This document shows positions 48,304 through 60,727 of a stretch of DNA of 64,000 nt, one piece after another. The number at the start of each line of letters is the position of its first letter. The stretch's first letter is position 1. This DNA is from Fistulifera solaris (lineage: Eukaryota). Below the pieces are notes generated by a model. That model saw only the letters and a list, made by a program, of their open reading frames with translations, was not told where the DNA came from and did not search any database. The stretch is taken from contig AP026139.1 of NCBI GenBank assembly GCA_030295235.1, positions 1 to 64,000 of the forward strand, written 5' to 3'. The position numbers and the translations under genes are program-made.

Positions 48304-49787
48304 TCAAGCTTGAAGTAATACGCATATTACATCCAAATGGTCCAACAAAAGCAACGACAAGCTTTTACGATCATCCTCATGCAGAACTTCCATCATGGCT
48401 CTACAAAGCAAGCAAATTCGATGATGTTCGTTTTCACGAGCTATCCATCGACTCCCTTGGCAAAAGCGATTGAATTGAATCAATTTCTCTAGGTCGTCCA
48501 TCCACTCTTCTCTCTGCTCGCTGACCACGTTAACATTAATCAAGTTACGATTCATCTTTATCATGGATACGAGCACGTCAATCCGTCTCCAATCATCAAA
48601 AACTTGATTGCCACCATCAAATGAAGAACGAAAATAAAGTTTGAGCCTGGTGAGAGTATCATGACATCGAATGGCATCCATGAGCACTTGCCACAACGAC
48701 AGGGACCAATGCCATTCGACTGGTCCTAATTCCAACGTTTCTAAAACGGGATTGCGTTGTACGGCTTGTATTAAATGAAGCTGTGTTTCTTCGGTCATTG
48801 CGTACGTAGTCACTATTCCCAATTCAATCAGTTGGGTGCTCGCACGGAGAAAGACGGAAGGAAAACCGAAACAATCCTTGGTCAGCTTCAAAACGAATCG
48901 ACGGGGAACGATGGTAATAGAATCGATTTCTTTCCACTCGTCGCCCAATACCACCATTTCATACTCCACCTTTTCCGCATCAGCGGCGAATGGTAGTAAG
49001 TTGTTTGTACAAGCGGTCCGCGCGTATGTCACAATCCGCAATGCTTCCCAATGCTTCAATTGATACAGTGGTTGCAGAAAAGTCGTTTTCAGACTACTGC
49101 ATCCATTCAATGTCAATGTCCCGAAGGGAGTGTTTCGTTGCCGTAGTGCTTGTAGGAACGAATTCCCATCATCCGTAAACGAAGAATCGTACAACATTAG
49201 ATCCACAGGCGATGATTGCGAAGCCAACTGTACCGCTAGCTGTTCCGGCAGTTGCACATGCAAGAATGCCAGTCGTCGGTTCCCATGAAGTAACGATTTT
49301 AACGTCAAAGGAGAAGCAATAGCGTTCCAGTCAAAATCAAAACCGTTTGAGGGATAATGAATACTATTCGGGCTGTGCAAGTACAATGTTTCGTTTCCTA
49401 GTTCACCGGGCAGCGAACCAAGTAGGGCCACTGATTGCGCTACATCCTGATCCGAACGACCCGTGAGACAAAAGCGGTGATTCCGTATTGATACATCGAC
49501 TCGACTTCTGGTTGCGCCTGCAGCACCAATCGAAAAGATTCTTGAGAAATGCAAGACGACCAGTGCGTGCTATCTTCTGGTTGCTGCAACCATAAAATCG
49601 AGTGTGTGTGGATATGAAAGAAGAAAATGAGTTCTTGCAACGTATTGGGAGGGCGAATCATCAAAAAATGGTGATAATGTCGGGGTATGGTGGAATTCGC
49701 TGGTAAATTAAACCTCGTTGATTGGTCGGAGCAAAGTAGATAGGCATCATCCTTGAAAAGAATTCTCAAAAACCAAAAAGCGCTCAT
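48304..49787 (-). CDS. Hypothetical protein of the RNI-like/degenerate LRR family (paralog 3)
   Basis: The N-terminal ORF (MIRPPNTLQEL..SILWL) matches paralog 2 (MIQSPTCLQDV..TILWL) and joins the 416-aa ORF by a frameshift around 49530-49560. Confidence 0.78.
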
Positions 49788-50317
49788 TGTGGCTTGTATT
49801 GATCGAATGAGAGGATAAAAGCCGGCGGATCGTCGCTCTCGTTAAACGAATCGTCAGTCAATCACTGTGCCGTCAAGAGGGAACAAGGAAACGTGAAGCG
49901 AAACAGCCGGGAGACAAAGAAGGAGGAGACGTTTTGAAGTCTTTTCTTTCTTCGATCGATCATTTACAGCAAAATGAATTGTTACGGATTCGATTCGAAG
50001 TTCTTCTTCGAAAAGATATCAACAGAAGCGACCGAAACGTCGATGAGAACCATCATTATCCGGAGTTCCCATTTTTGGCATTGTTGTATGTTGTAAAAGA
50101 GTTATCTGGCATTTCATAATGAGAAGAATGCAACAAACAATACGGTAAATGATAATTGAACTAACTTTGCTCGCATGAACTATGAACTCATCATTATTCA
50201 TTCGTTTACTAGCTCGTCGCAATTCCCCGACTAGATTTCAGTCACGAGACAAATCCAAGCTAAGTTCAATGATTGTGCCAGCGCCCGTGCGTGAGAGGCA
50301 GCGAAAAAACACCCCAC

Positions 50318-50425
50318 CCCCATATTTTCTGGGTACGTGAAAACACACCAATCCCATATTTTCTGGGTACGTGAAAACACACAACCCCCATATTTTCTGG
50401 GAACGTGAAAACACCACACGCCCAT
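50318..50425. repeat. Minisatellite, three ~34-bp units
   Basis: CCCATATTTTCTGGG(T/A)ACGTGAAAACAC repeated three times. Confidence 0.9.
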
Positions 50426-51411
50426 GAATTTTTAAACATCTTAGTGCTTCATTGATATTTTGAAATTTTCGCAACTATAAGCTATAGTAGTGATATCAAT
50501 GACCTGTAGCGTGTCATTTTACATACATTCGACCAAAGTAACGTCCAAAATAAGTCTATGGATTCTCAAATATCCCACCCCCACACCCCCCTTGTCACAG
50601 CGAAAGTAAATTTTACGGAATTAGCTGACTTTTGGGCAAGAGTGACGAAAACAATACTTGTACATGCAAAATACTTTTTTATCATAGAGGCAAAAGCGTT
50701 ATAATTGCATTAAAAGCTCAATTTCTATTTTAGCATCGAAAAGCGCCTCGGATATATCCCCAAAGTGTGGTATCAACTTATCTCTGATTGGATTAGTCAT
50801 GAGTCATGGCATTTTAATTAACTTACACTAATTCGCTGACTTTTCTCCAACAGTTGATGAAAGAATATTTTAGCTTCATGGTTTTTATCCTCGATGGAAT
50901 AAAATTGTATTTTTTGGGGGGACAAAATTTGTGTGCGGGGCATCGAAAAGCGCTTCGGATCTACCCCTTTGGACCGGCACCGGTACCGGTACATCCCATT
51001 CAATCACGGGTCCGAGCCCTGTTCGGTGCTAGTGAGACGAAATAGTCCGGCTTTGTCGTGGCTTCTTGCTTCAACGTCACCTCGGGACGTTTGGATGACG
51101 TTTTTCAGCCAACGAAACTAGCATGACCACTCTACTGTAGGTGTAACTGTAAGCCGAATTGCGAATTCTGACACCTTTAGTTCCTTGGTGTTCTGTGGTG
51201 CTGACGTGTGCACACCTCCACTCATAAAGGCTATACAAAGGTCCCTGCAGAGAACAAACCGGAGCGGCAAGATCGTATCTTTTCCATCGATCCAAATGCT
51301 CGCAACGAAAGACGAAAAAAAATCAAAAATACACCGTTCTAATCTTCAAAAAGCATTGCTTTGAATATCACCGTTGAGAGAAATCTATTTTATTCAAACG
51401 ACGCCTTCAAA

Positions 51412-51825
51412 ATGACTAAACAGTGCCTCTTCTTCTTTGCCCTCTTCTTTTTATCTTCGACGTTGGCCTTTCATCCTCCAGCACATCCATCTCGACAGCA
51501 CAATGTTCCTCACAACATGGTGTACGGTACGTGCTGTTCCGTTTTGCTGAGATGACATGCAAATAATAAGAGATTGTGCCGTCGCTCATCATCGTATATT
51601 TTTCATTGCACAGACCCGGAAGCCTTGTATCAAGTCGCGACTCACGCCGGTGATGCCGTCCGTTTGGTCTTTTTGGAATGCAATGGTGTAGAATGTCATA
51701 TCGTTGATGGTTGCAAGGAAGGTGATTACTGGAATTTTGAAGGTCGTCCCGCCACCTTTCCCGATACGGCTGGGCAACATCATCGTTTGGAAGTTCTCAT
51801 GGCGGAAATGGATACGACTGAGTAA
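51412..51825 (+). CDS. Small hypothetical protein with signal peptide, possibly plastid-targeted
   Basis: MTKQCLFFFALFFLSSTLA-F. Intron 51527-51613 (GTACG..CAG) splices in frame to DPEALY...TTE. Confidence 0.65.
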
Positions 51826-52613
51826 AAACTGAAGTAGTAATGAATGAATGAATCATAGAAGGAATACAGGTGAAGGATATTATGTTCATGCACACAAAAG
51901 AAAACAGACAACAAAACTACTATTGCAACAATTTTAGGTTTTTCATTATTTTAGACGTTTAGACAAGCTTTCTAGTTGCTTAAAGGAAAATTTGAAACAG
52001 ACGGAAATTCTGTGAGAGGTGTCTTAGCTTGAGCAGAAAATCTTTATTTAGAAGCAGATGGAATCTTATCATTCGAAGTTGTTCGAAGTATCGATGCCAG
52101 AGAAAGCGACGATGGCATTGATGCACAATAGACCAAAATTTTTTTTGTGATCGCAATTACACGAGATCTGGGTGCCCCCCTCTGTCGATAAATTTTCTTA
52201 CGTGAGCCATGTAAAAAAAAACGTAGACTTGCGAAGTGTTGCATCTTTCGTTCTGTTTACGTATGGAAATCAATCTGTTGACAATTATCGTTTATTGGCA
52301 CTTAATATTCATGTTGAAGAAAGCGATATTTGTCATAGCGATAAAAAAAGTGACTGCCACAACACCGCTAACATCTTTTCCGGCTCTCTAGACGTTAGCT
52401 TTTACGGGGTAATACGTATCTCTTTTGTTGCGACTTTATTAGGGATGAAGTTCACTTGAAAATCGGCAATCGCCCGCGCCGATGATAATGCACTTCGTTC
52501 CAACGCAGAAGCCAATTACAGCGGCAACGAAGCATTGTCAAGATAAAGGACGAAGGGATATTATCCGTTTTCTTAGTTCTCTTTCTCTTTCTTTAACTAA
52601 AGCAACACCTTAC

Positions 52614-53921
52614 ATGTTCTTGTGGCAAAGAACAGTCGGGTATTTCCTTCTATCGTCGTCTGTTTCTTTTATCTCGTCGTCGACTCGTTGTCTCGCCTTC
52701 TTTCATCCTCAACGAGGCCACAGAAGAATGCCTCCCTCGTCGTCCTCTTGCGTCTTGCGCATTACGCGCTCGCAAACAGCCAAAAGTCTGGTAGAGAAGA
52801 ATAAGCAAGTCATTTCATTAGCCCCTCGAAAGCGAAATAGCAAAAGTCAAGACAACGAACAAGAACAAGAAGAAGAAGAAGAAGAAGAAGAAGAAGCAAC
52901 GCATGCTACTCCGATTACTCCTTCCTTGAAAACTACTACGAAAACTTCCATTATCACCACAACGGTGGTAACACCTTCACCAAAGAAGCCCAAAAGAGCT
53001 ACTTTATCACCGAAACAAACAAAGGTCAAGCAGATTTTACCCCCGTCACCCACATCCGAGACGGAGAAAACACCTTCACCCGCGCCCCCGAAAGATTTTG
53101 CAGCTGTTTACAGTCTTGTTACCGAACTACGTAAAGATCGGACAGCCCCTTGTGATAGCATGGGTGCCGAAGCTCTGGCCCTGGCCTACAACAACACACA
53201 ATTCTCCTCGTCAAAAGCCGAACAAGACCAATTGTATCGATTGATTGTGTTGATTTCACTCATGTTGAGCAGTCAAACCAAAGATGCTGTTGTCGCGTCG
53301 GCGGTGCAACAATTGCATCAAAGCAACTTACTGTCGTGGTCGAAATTGGCCGACGCACAATACACGGACCAAATTCATCATTGCATTCGATCGGTTGGGT
53401 TTCACAACAACAAAATCAAGTACATACAACAATCGGCACAAATTTTGCAAACGCAATTTGGAAATGACATTCCTGGGACGGCCGCCGAGATGATGGAACA
53501 TTTACCGGGCGTGGGACCCAAAATGGCGTATTTGTGTGAAGCGTTGGCGTGGCCTGAAAAGGAACCCTCGGGTATTGGCGTCGATACACATATGCATCGC
53601 TTGTTTCAACAAATCAATTGGATGCGGACGAAAACACCGGAACACACACGTCTGGAATTGCAATCGTGGTTGCCCCGGGAGTATTGGCGGGATATTAATC
53701 TTTTGTGGGTGGGATTTGGACAAGAAGTGCAACAGCAGGCACCGAAAGTCTTGTACAAGGCGGTTTATCAATGCAGTCGTCCGAAAAAAGCCTTGCAATT
53801 GTTACAGCGGTGTGGGATGAATGTCAAACAAGTTGCTAAGCAACAGATGCAAAAGGAGGATTATGATGGAAATCGTGATTTGTTGGAACGTGTCGAACAA
53901 CTCTTATCGCGAAACGGATAA
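52614..53921 (+). CDS. NTH1: Endonuclease III-like DNA glycosylase/AP lyase (HhH-GPD family)
   Basis: LMLSSQTKD, VGFHNNK, LPGVGPKMA (HhH Lys), GIGVDTHMHR (catalytic Asp), LQSWLP..W..IN.L.VGFGQ. Start uncertain. Confidence 0.93.
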   Translation: MFLWQRTVGYFLLSSSVSFISSSTRCLAFFHPQRGHRRMPPSSSSCVLRITRSQTAKSLVEKNKQVISLAPRKRNSKSQDNEQEQEEEEEEEEEATHATPITPSLKTTTKTSIITTTVVTPSPKKPKRATLSPKQTKVKQILPPSPTSETEKTPSPAPPKDFAAVYSLVTELRKDRTAPCDSMGAEALALAYNNTQFSSSKAEQDQLYRLIVLISLMLSSQTKDAVVASAVQQLHQSNLLSWSKLADAQYTDQIHHCIRSVGFHNNKIKYIQQSAQILQTQFGNDIPGTAAEMMEHLPGVGPKMAYLCEALAWPEKEPSGIGVDTHMHRLFQQINWMRTKTPEHTRLELQSWLPREYWRDINLLWVGFGQEVQQQAPKVLYKAVYQCSRPKKALQLLQRCGMNVKQVAKQQMQKEDYDGNRDLLERVEQLLSRNG

Positions 53922-53993
53922 ACAATGAGAATTAACAACCGGATACAGTATTTCCTTAATAAAAATTACTTGCTGGATAATCGTTATCGCTTC

Positions 53994-55045
53994 TTATTTC
54001 TTGTTACGCGTCAACCGCAAGACGTGCACGAGGCCTTGTTGTGCCCCCCATTCCACGTTTTGGCGGTGTCAATTGTTGCGATGGCAATTGTTCCACATGA
54101 AAACCGAATTCCTGTTCCGCCATGGGCACAATATTCCAAACATTATCATGATCCGTGTTACCGTGCAAGGCAAACGTCAACAATGCCACACCCTGATCGG
54201 GATCGAGTAATTGTTGGATGGAGGCTAGTAATTGATGGTGCAGCCAAGGCATATAACAACAATCGGCAGCGACAATGACGCGAAAATGTTTTTGCGGATT
54301 GTTTTGGTGTTGTTGCCACAACGAATCCACGGGATCACCCCATCCGTACGGTAAGACTTGTCCTTGTAAGTTCTCATTGGAACAGTGTTGTTGATAATTC
54401 TTCCGTCGTGTCCGTTCCATCCCTTCCGCCATACACCGAATCCGATCCGGAATGCCTTGGTCCGTACATTAACACCCTCGCGCCGCATTGCAGCGCTACT
54501 AAAGACGGTATGGCGGCTCCCGCTCCCAATTCTAGAAACGATACGTTGCGCAGGGGATGTGACGCATCGGACAGCGGCGGCCATTGCAACAAATCTCGAC
54601 ACGTATCCGCATGTGCCAACAGATTCGCCAACCATCGTGACGATGCCCAAACAATATCACCAAAACCACCACCTCGTTCCGAAACAACATACACGACGGA
54701 TATTTCGTCATTTGCAGTGTGATGGTCGGTGCTTTCGATACTTTCGATACTTTCGATCGAATCCGTTTTGATGATAGTTTCAAAACCACCCATTCCATCC
54801 GGATAGATCCGACTACTTTCCCATGTGTGTACACGCTGAAAGATCTCTTCTTTTCCTTCCTGAGTGAATAAATCAAAAGTTCCTTGCTCTTCCATTTCGG
54901 CTTCTAACGCCAAACGTTCTTCTTCGGCGGTTTGCAACCATTTCCAGGTGCTATTAGCTTCTTCCTTGTTGCCAGTAATCCATGCTTTTAAATCAAACAG
55001 TGGCAAATACTTATCATCATCTATCACTTCTGATGTTGTTGACAT
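53994..55045 (-). CDS. Protein lysine/N-terminal methyltransferase (Methyltransf_16, METTL21/EFM7-like)
   Basis: GDIVWASSRWLA, FLELGAGAAIPSL, VIVAADCCY. Frameshifts near 54470 and 54047. Confidence 0.82.
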
Positions 55046-55789
55046 GATAGTTTGATGGAAAAAAAGAGATGAAGAAGAAATAATGAAGGAAAAGAAGTAG
55101 AACGCCGACGACGAGATACAGTACAAGGGTACCGGTACTTGTGTGTTTGCAAAAATAATAATAAATGTTGATGTTCTTTTTCGTTCGATTTATTTTGGCG
55201 GCTCCAAACGGTGGGGGCTGATGGACGTACAGACCAGCCCGCGAGTTGCAATATCCGGGTTTCGCCTATTACCTAGACATTCGAAGCGTTGCATCATTCG
55301 TTCCATTAACGATTTTGTTTTCAAAAATTGGAGACGTTTCATTGCTTCCTGATACGAAGTTAATACGGTGGGAATAAGGGGACTTTGGCAGCTGTACACT
55401 TGAAATCCAATAAATGAAAAACACAATCTCCGGGTACCTTTACATCGTTCAATTTCCGAGGATGGCTACGTACACAGTGTACGCGTAGACACTGGAAGCG
55501 TTGAAGCTTTCTACTATTTCATGAACTGGTCATGTTTCGATAATTATTTAATGGAGTATAACAAATAACAAACCTACCAGGCTACTAGGTACCCGATGTT
55601 GGGCGAAATACTGTTGTCATTGTTTTTGGTGTCCAAAAGACGCGGAAAATGGTTTGATCGAAAGTATACAATATCCGGGTTCCCATTTGTCGATAGAAGA
55701 TTGAGATGTTGTTGATAGCATTTGCATTTTTTCCTGGTCGTCGATGATTGACGATGAAGCAATGATGACTACTATGTAATCCTAGAGGC

Positions 55790-58081
55790 TTGATGATGCG
55801 TCCCACTTATCTTAGCCTCCTATCCTTGATTCTTTTGGAAGCAAGAAAGGTCGTTGACTGTCTTGTCGTCTCAAAATGTCCTTATTGGGTGTCCTCATCG
55901 TCAACAACAAAAAGGTCGTTGCTGTCTCCACATGTTGCAAATCAAATTCCTTCAATACATTCCGCGTCGCTTGTTTCTTCGACGACTGAAAACGACGAAA
56001 CCTATACTTCTTTCGAAGAACGTCTTCTACAGTATTTAGCGCGCAATGAAACAGAAACAGTTCTCATCGTCGAAGGATCCGTCGTTGCTAAACGTTCCTT
56101 AGGAAAACAGCTCGTCTTTGTTGATTTGCAGTTGACGAATGTTTTCGACGACGACGACGACGATTCATTGCCATTCGCTGAAAATGGACTGCTATGTCAT
56201 GCTTTGCTGAAACAAGAAAATTATTTGCTCTACAACACCATCCGAAGCAACAACGATTCCAAATCCACTACTCAGGATACTACGGCTTTATCTTACTCTT
56301 CTTACGAAGGCTACCGAATCTGTTTATTGCCCGGAACACTTGTTCGTGTCACTGGAACAGCGGCACCAACCCGCAATCCCGGAAAAGCGGTTTTGTTGTT
56401 GCGATCGATTCAAATACTGCAAATGCCACGACAACAGCAACACATTACGACTATTTTGCAACACTATCACAAAGGGCATTTACCCTTGAAAGAAATCGCG
56501 GCGGCTTGTGGTAACTGGTCAGCTTCCGTATTACAAACACGATTTCAGGAAATCACTGCCACCATAACTCAAAACCAATATCGTTTGGACCGAGTGGAAA
56601 TCGCGGCATTGTGGCAACCGCTTGCTCAAGAAATCTATGATTCAATGATTACAATGCCAATGCAACCGGAACAGAATCGCTATTCGAGTAAGAAAAAGTC
56701 GTTTGTTCTTCCCGTGGCACCCAGTGAATGGCAAAAGTTACAACTCTTGATGAAAAAGGAATTGTCACCCATGCTATCGTTCACGGGGTGGGTGAAGAAT
56801 CGACAACGATTTCGAGACAATTTTACCATCGTGACAGTCTGCAAAGAAGATGATAGTACGGCAGAAATAAACGAGGAACGATTATCGTGTTTATTACATC
56901 CAGATGTATTGCAGAGCGATGCCAGAGTGTATAGCAACTTGCTAGCAGTCGGTGCGCACGTGCAAGTTCAAGGCGTGTACATCAATCACGATAACAAAAC
57001 AGCTGCAGCCACATTTGTGGTGCAGCACATTCGATTGTTGCAATCCTCTCATCGCCCCGAAACCATTCGATATTTGTTAGAATTAATGGCTCATCCTAAC
57101 AGCATTGATCTGGAAGAAGCCGCGCACGCCTTGCTTTTGTCGTATTCCGAAGCCATCACCATGGTGCAATCGTTGGATGCCACGGAACGGCAGTGGAAAG
57201 CCAATCAGTTGTCGATACAATTGCAGCTACAATCAAACGTTCCACGAGCTCCTAGAATGCATTTAGAGCAAAAGTCATTGCAAATCTTGGAAAGGTATCG
57301 TCCCATTTCACAGAAATATCCCATTCATCTTATAGAGAGAAACGACAACCCTATGTCTACATGTTTACGAGTGGGCGTCCCCGGAAGTCGCTGGATGAGT
57401 CAAAAGAAACCCCAACTGGAATGGATGTGTCAACAAATTCGATCGGTACTGGAATCTCATCCCGAATACGGTCAACGCAAATTACGTATACTGGACATTG
57501 GTGGCGGTCAAGGCTTTCTGGCCAATGCTTTGGGCGGTACGATCAATTCAAACATTGAACAAATTCATGTTGTGGACATTTGTGCCCGCGCCGTACAAAA
57601 TGGTGCCAACCGAGCGCATCGTCTCGGTGCACCCGTCGTCTTTGAAGTGGCCGATGCGAGTCGCACCCTGGACACCATTTCAGCGGACGTCGTTGTGGCA
57701 TTGCATGCCTGTGGTCATTTGTCCGATGTAGCGTTGGCACATGCGGTACAGCGAAAAGCTGGTTTTGTGATTGTGCCATGTTGTTTCAATTCGAATCCGG
57801 ATTTGAAAATACCATTCTATGATGAAACTACAGTAGAGGAGTGGCTGGGCATTTCGGCAGAGGATTGGTCGGCGCTGAAGAAGTTGGCCGAAATGCAAGG
57901 AGACAATGATTTATCCCGTCAATCTATGGAGCTTATTTGTGCGATACGAGCAGATGCTGTGCAAAATCGATGGAAAAAGGAGCCAAAGAGGAACGATAAA
58001 TGTCAGCTCAAAGTGGCGATACGGCAGTTTCCTATTGAATATTCGACGCGTAACACGGTTTTGGTGGGGTCGTACCTGTAA
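55790..58081 (+). CDS. SAM-dependent methyltransferase (Methyltransf_32-like) with N-terminal OB-fold-like domains
   Basis: ILDIGGGQGFLA, VVALHACGHLSD, VPCCF. The N-terminal VEGSVVAKRSLGKQLVFVDL and FTGWVKNRQRF resemble anticodon-binding OB folds. Confidence 0.8.
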   Translation: MMMRPTYLSLLSLILLEARKVVDCLVVSKCPYWVSSSSTTKRSLLSPHVANQIPSIHSASLVSSTTENDETYTSFEERLLQYLARNETETVLIVEGSVVAKRSLGKQLVFVDLQLTNVFDDDDDDSLPFAENGLLCHALLKQENYLLYNTIRSNNDSKSTTQDTTALSYSSYEGYRICLLPGTLVRVTGTAAPTRNPGKAVLLLRSIQILQMPRQQQHITTILQHYHKGHLPLKEIAAACGNWSASVLQTRFQEITATITQNQYRLDRVEIAALWQPLAQEIYDSMITMPMQPEQNRYSSKKKSFVLPVAPSEWQKLQLLMKKELSPMLSFTGWVKNRQRFRDNFTIVTVCKEDDSTAEINEERLSCLLHPDVLQSDARVYSNLLAVGAHVQVQGVYINHDNKTAAATFVVQHIRLLQSSHRPETIRYLLELMAHPNSIDLEEAAHALLLSYSEAITMVQSLDATERQWKANQLSIQLQLQSNVPRAPRMHLEQKSLQILERYRPISQKYPIHLIERNDNPMSTCLRVGVPGSRWMSQKKPQLEWMCQQIRSVLESHPEYGQRKLRILDIGGGQGFLANALGGTINSNIEQIHVVDICARAVQNGANRAHRLGAPVVFEVADASRTLDTISADVVVALHACGHLSDVALAHAVQRKAGFVIVPCCFNSNPDLKIPFYDETTVEEWLGISAEDWSALKKLAEMQGDNDLSRQSMELICAIRADAVQNRWKKEPKRNDKCQLKVAIRQFPIEYSTRNTVLVGSYL

Positions 58082-58464
58082 AAAGGGCTTATTCGAATCA
58101 AAGGGATACAATCTTCCACAATATTTCCCAGAATGATGGGATAAATAGCTACTTACCTCTCTAAAAACTGGTACTTTTGGTTATTGTAACACCCTAGACT
58201 TTCAAACCCCTTGGGGTACCTGGTAGGTGGGTGCATCGCCAGAGGCATCTGAATTAGATCCATAACTCGACTCCTGACTCGCGACATTTCAGTCGGGACA
58301 AAAAGCACCTTCACACTCTGCATCATAGTAACAAATTTAAAAGACCATCCACACTCCACACCTGTGAATTTTTCTCTTCTGTATAGTATTACATTCAATA
58401 ATAAAACAACAAAGACAACTATTGAAGACACTAACACTAAGGTCGGGGCAATGTTAGCACAAGG

Positions 58465-60727
58465 ATGCTCGAAGAGTCCTCCCTAAATGCTAGCGCAGTC
58501 GAAGAGAAGGCAGAACGAATGATTCGACTGCAAAGAAATCCACCGCATCCTTTGACGACGTTTCTTCTCGAAACGAATGTTGATGCATCACTGAACGACG
58601 ATATTGTTGCGGTTCCTTCTATTTTATTGGACTTTTTAAACTGTGCGTCTCGTCGTATTTCCGCACAGTCGAAGGAAAAGGATAGGAAGGATGACTCTCT
58701 CATGATTTCGGAGGGCACGGTATCACTATGTCATCTTGTCGAAGAGGATTCTTTTATGTCAAGCTCAGAGGAGTCGTTCGAATGGTACAAAGATTCTGTT
58801 CCTATAATTTCCTTATCAAAGGTGGAAATAAAGATACGTATACAGATTTTATTGCAAGAAAAAGATGACAAAGGTGAAGAAATAGAAGACGAATCAAAGT
58901 ACGGTGTAGAGGATAATACGAAGTTGTTGAAAGAAGCGTTTCGAGGACGCTTCATACTGCCTCAATCAATTTCTTTACTGCAAGCTCCCTCCCGTTCGTT
59001 GATTGTATTAATTCATGAGATCAGTACAATCGATTCATCATCAATCTGCCCTTCCAATGCCGTTTTTCATTTGGACAAACAGGCACAGCATTACCAACTT
59101 GAACTCATTTCATCACCTTGGGAAAGAATTGATCATCCTATTTTACCAACGTTCATCCATGCTACAATCGATGGAATATACGACGCTCCTGGATACGAAA
59201 GTACTGTGGAACGCATGCGGACACTCCTCCAGTCCCCCATTATGGCACGACCTACGGGTATTGTCGTAACAGGGTGTGCTGGAGTCGGGAAAACGAGAGT
59301 GATACAGGCGGCATTGAACAATGCGTTCATTTATCATTGGGTATCGATTACCGATATGCTGCAATACGCCGCATGGCAATCCGAAGAGGAAGTCTTTCGT
59401 TTGCTTCAACCACCACAACCGAATGTAAATATCGTAGTGTGGGATGATTTACAAGACATTTACACCAGCAATGACGACGATCAGGAGTCCATGGAAATCC
59501 GGTTGCTTAAAAATTGTTTGCTCCAATTCTTGGATCGATCTCGTTCTGTACAACATCAAGTCGTCATTATTGGAATTTGTCGTGAACATCAAGTGCCGTC
59601 TGAATTTACAAAGACGGGCCGTTTGGAGGTTGTATTACAGATACCTCCTCCTACGCAATCACAACGGGAAAAGATTCTCATGAGTTGGTTGCAGTCTTTT
59701 GCGGAACAAGTTGGGGTTGATAATCGGATAATACAAGAGTGGGCGACACGATTGGCTGAGGTGACACCGGGCTGTGTCGCGCAGGATTTGTTTCGGTTGT
59801 GTTCGGGTGCACGGATGCGGTCACGCGCAGATGAGCAGCCAATGGACTGGAACTATTTACGGGATGTTGCCGAGACGTGTGTTCCGTCACAACTTGCCAT
59901 GTTGGATGTAACAAAGCCACGGTTATCGGAATCGATAGTGGATCCCATCGATCGTTATACGGAGTGCTGGAAGGCACTGGCTGGGTACGAGTCGGTAAAG
60001 AAACGTGTGTTTCGTACGGTGGCACTTCCGTGGAAACGCTTCATGGAGTCTCCGGACTCTTGTTCGTCTTTTTCCACCACCCCGGGGGGTCTTGTTTCAT
60101 GGACCCTCGGGCTGTGGGAAGACTTTGGCAGCCCATTGCTTGGGCGAATCTCTAGGTCTCCCCATGATTCTTGTGCACGCATCAGACATTTTGGACAAGT
60201 ATGTTGGTGGATCCGAAGCCTCACTCCGTTCGTTGTTCAGTCGAGCCCGATCTGCTTCTCCGTGTATCTTGTTTATGGATGAAATTGATTCTATCGCTTC
60301 AAACCGGGCAAAAGATGGAGACCAAGTCAATGTTATGTCTCGATTGCTATCGACGTTATTGAACGAACTGGATGGCGTTTCGTCGCAGTCGGGGCAAATG
60401 TTGATTGTTGCATGTACGAATCGCCTCGACTCCCTCGATGCTGCACTGCTCCGTCCGGGGCGATTGGAAGAGCATATACTTCTGGATTATCCAACATGCT
60501 CCGACATTAATGCCATTTTGCAGACATCTTTGTTGCGCATTCCCTGCGACGACGAAGTGAACACAGAGCAACTCGGGGTACATCTGCAAGGATGGACAGG
60601 TGCTCGCGTTGCGGGTGTTGCCAGAGACGCGATTTTGAGTTGGATACGGCAAACACAAGGCAAGCAGCGTCTGATGAAATCTCACTTTCCAGCGGAAGTC
60701 TTGGATGTTTGGTGCCCCTCTAAATGA
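58465..60727 (+). CDS. Double-ring AAA+ ATPase (CDC48/AFG2-related)
   Basis: D1: GCAGVGKT, VVWDD, KTGRLE. D2: GPSGCGKT, LFMDE, TNRLDSLDAALLRPGRLE. Frameshift at the T-run near 60070. Confidence 0.88.

Noticed and set aside
50318..50425. CRISPR-like 28-bp repeats
   Set aside because: Units are separated by only ~6 nt, so this is a minisatellite.
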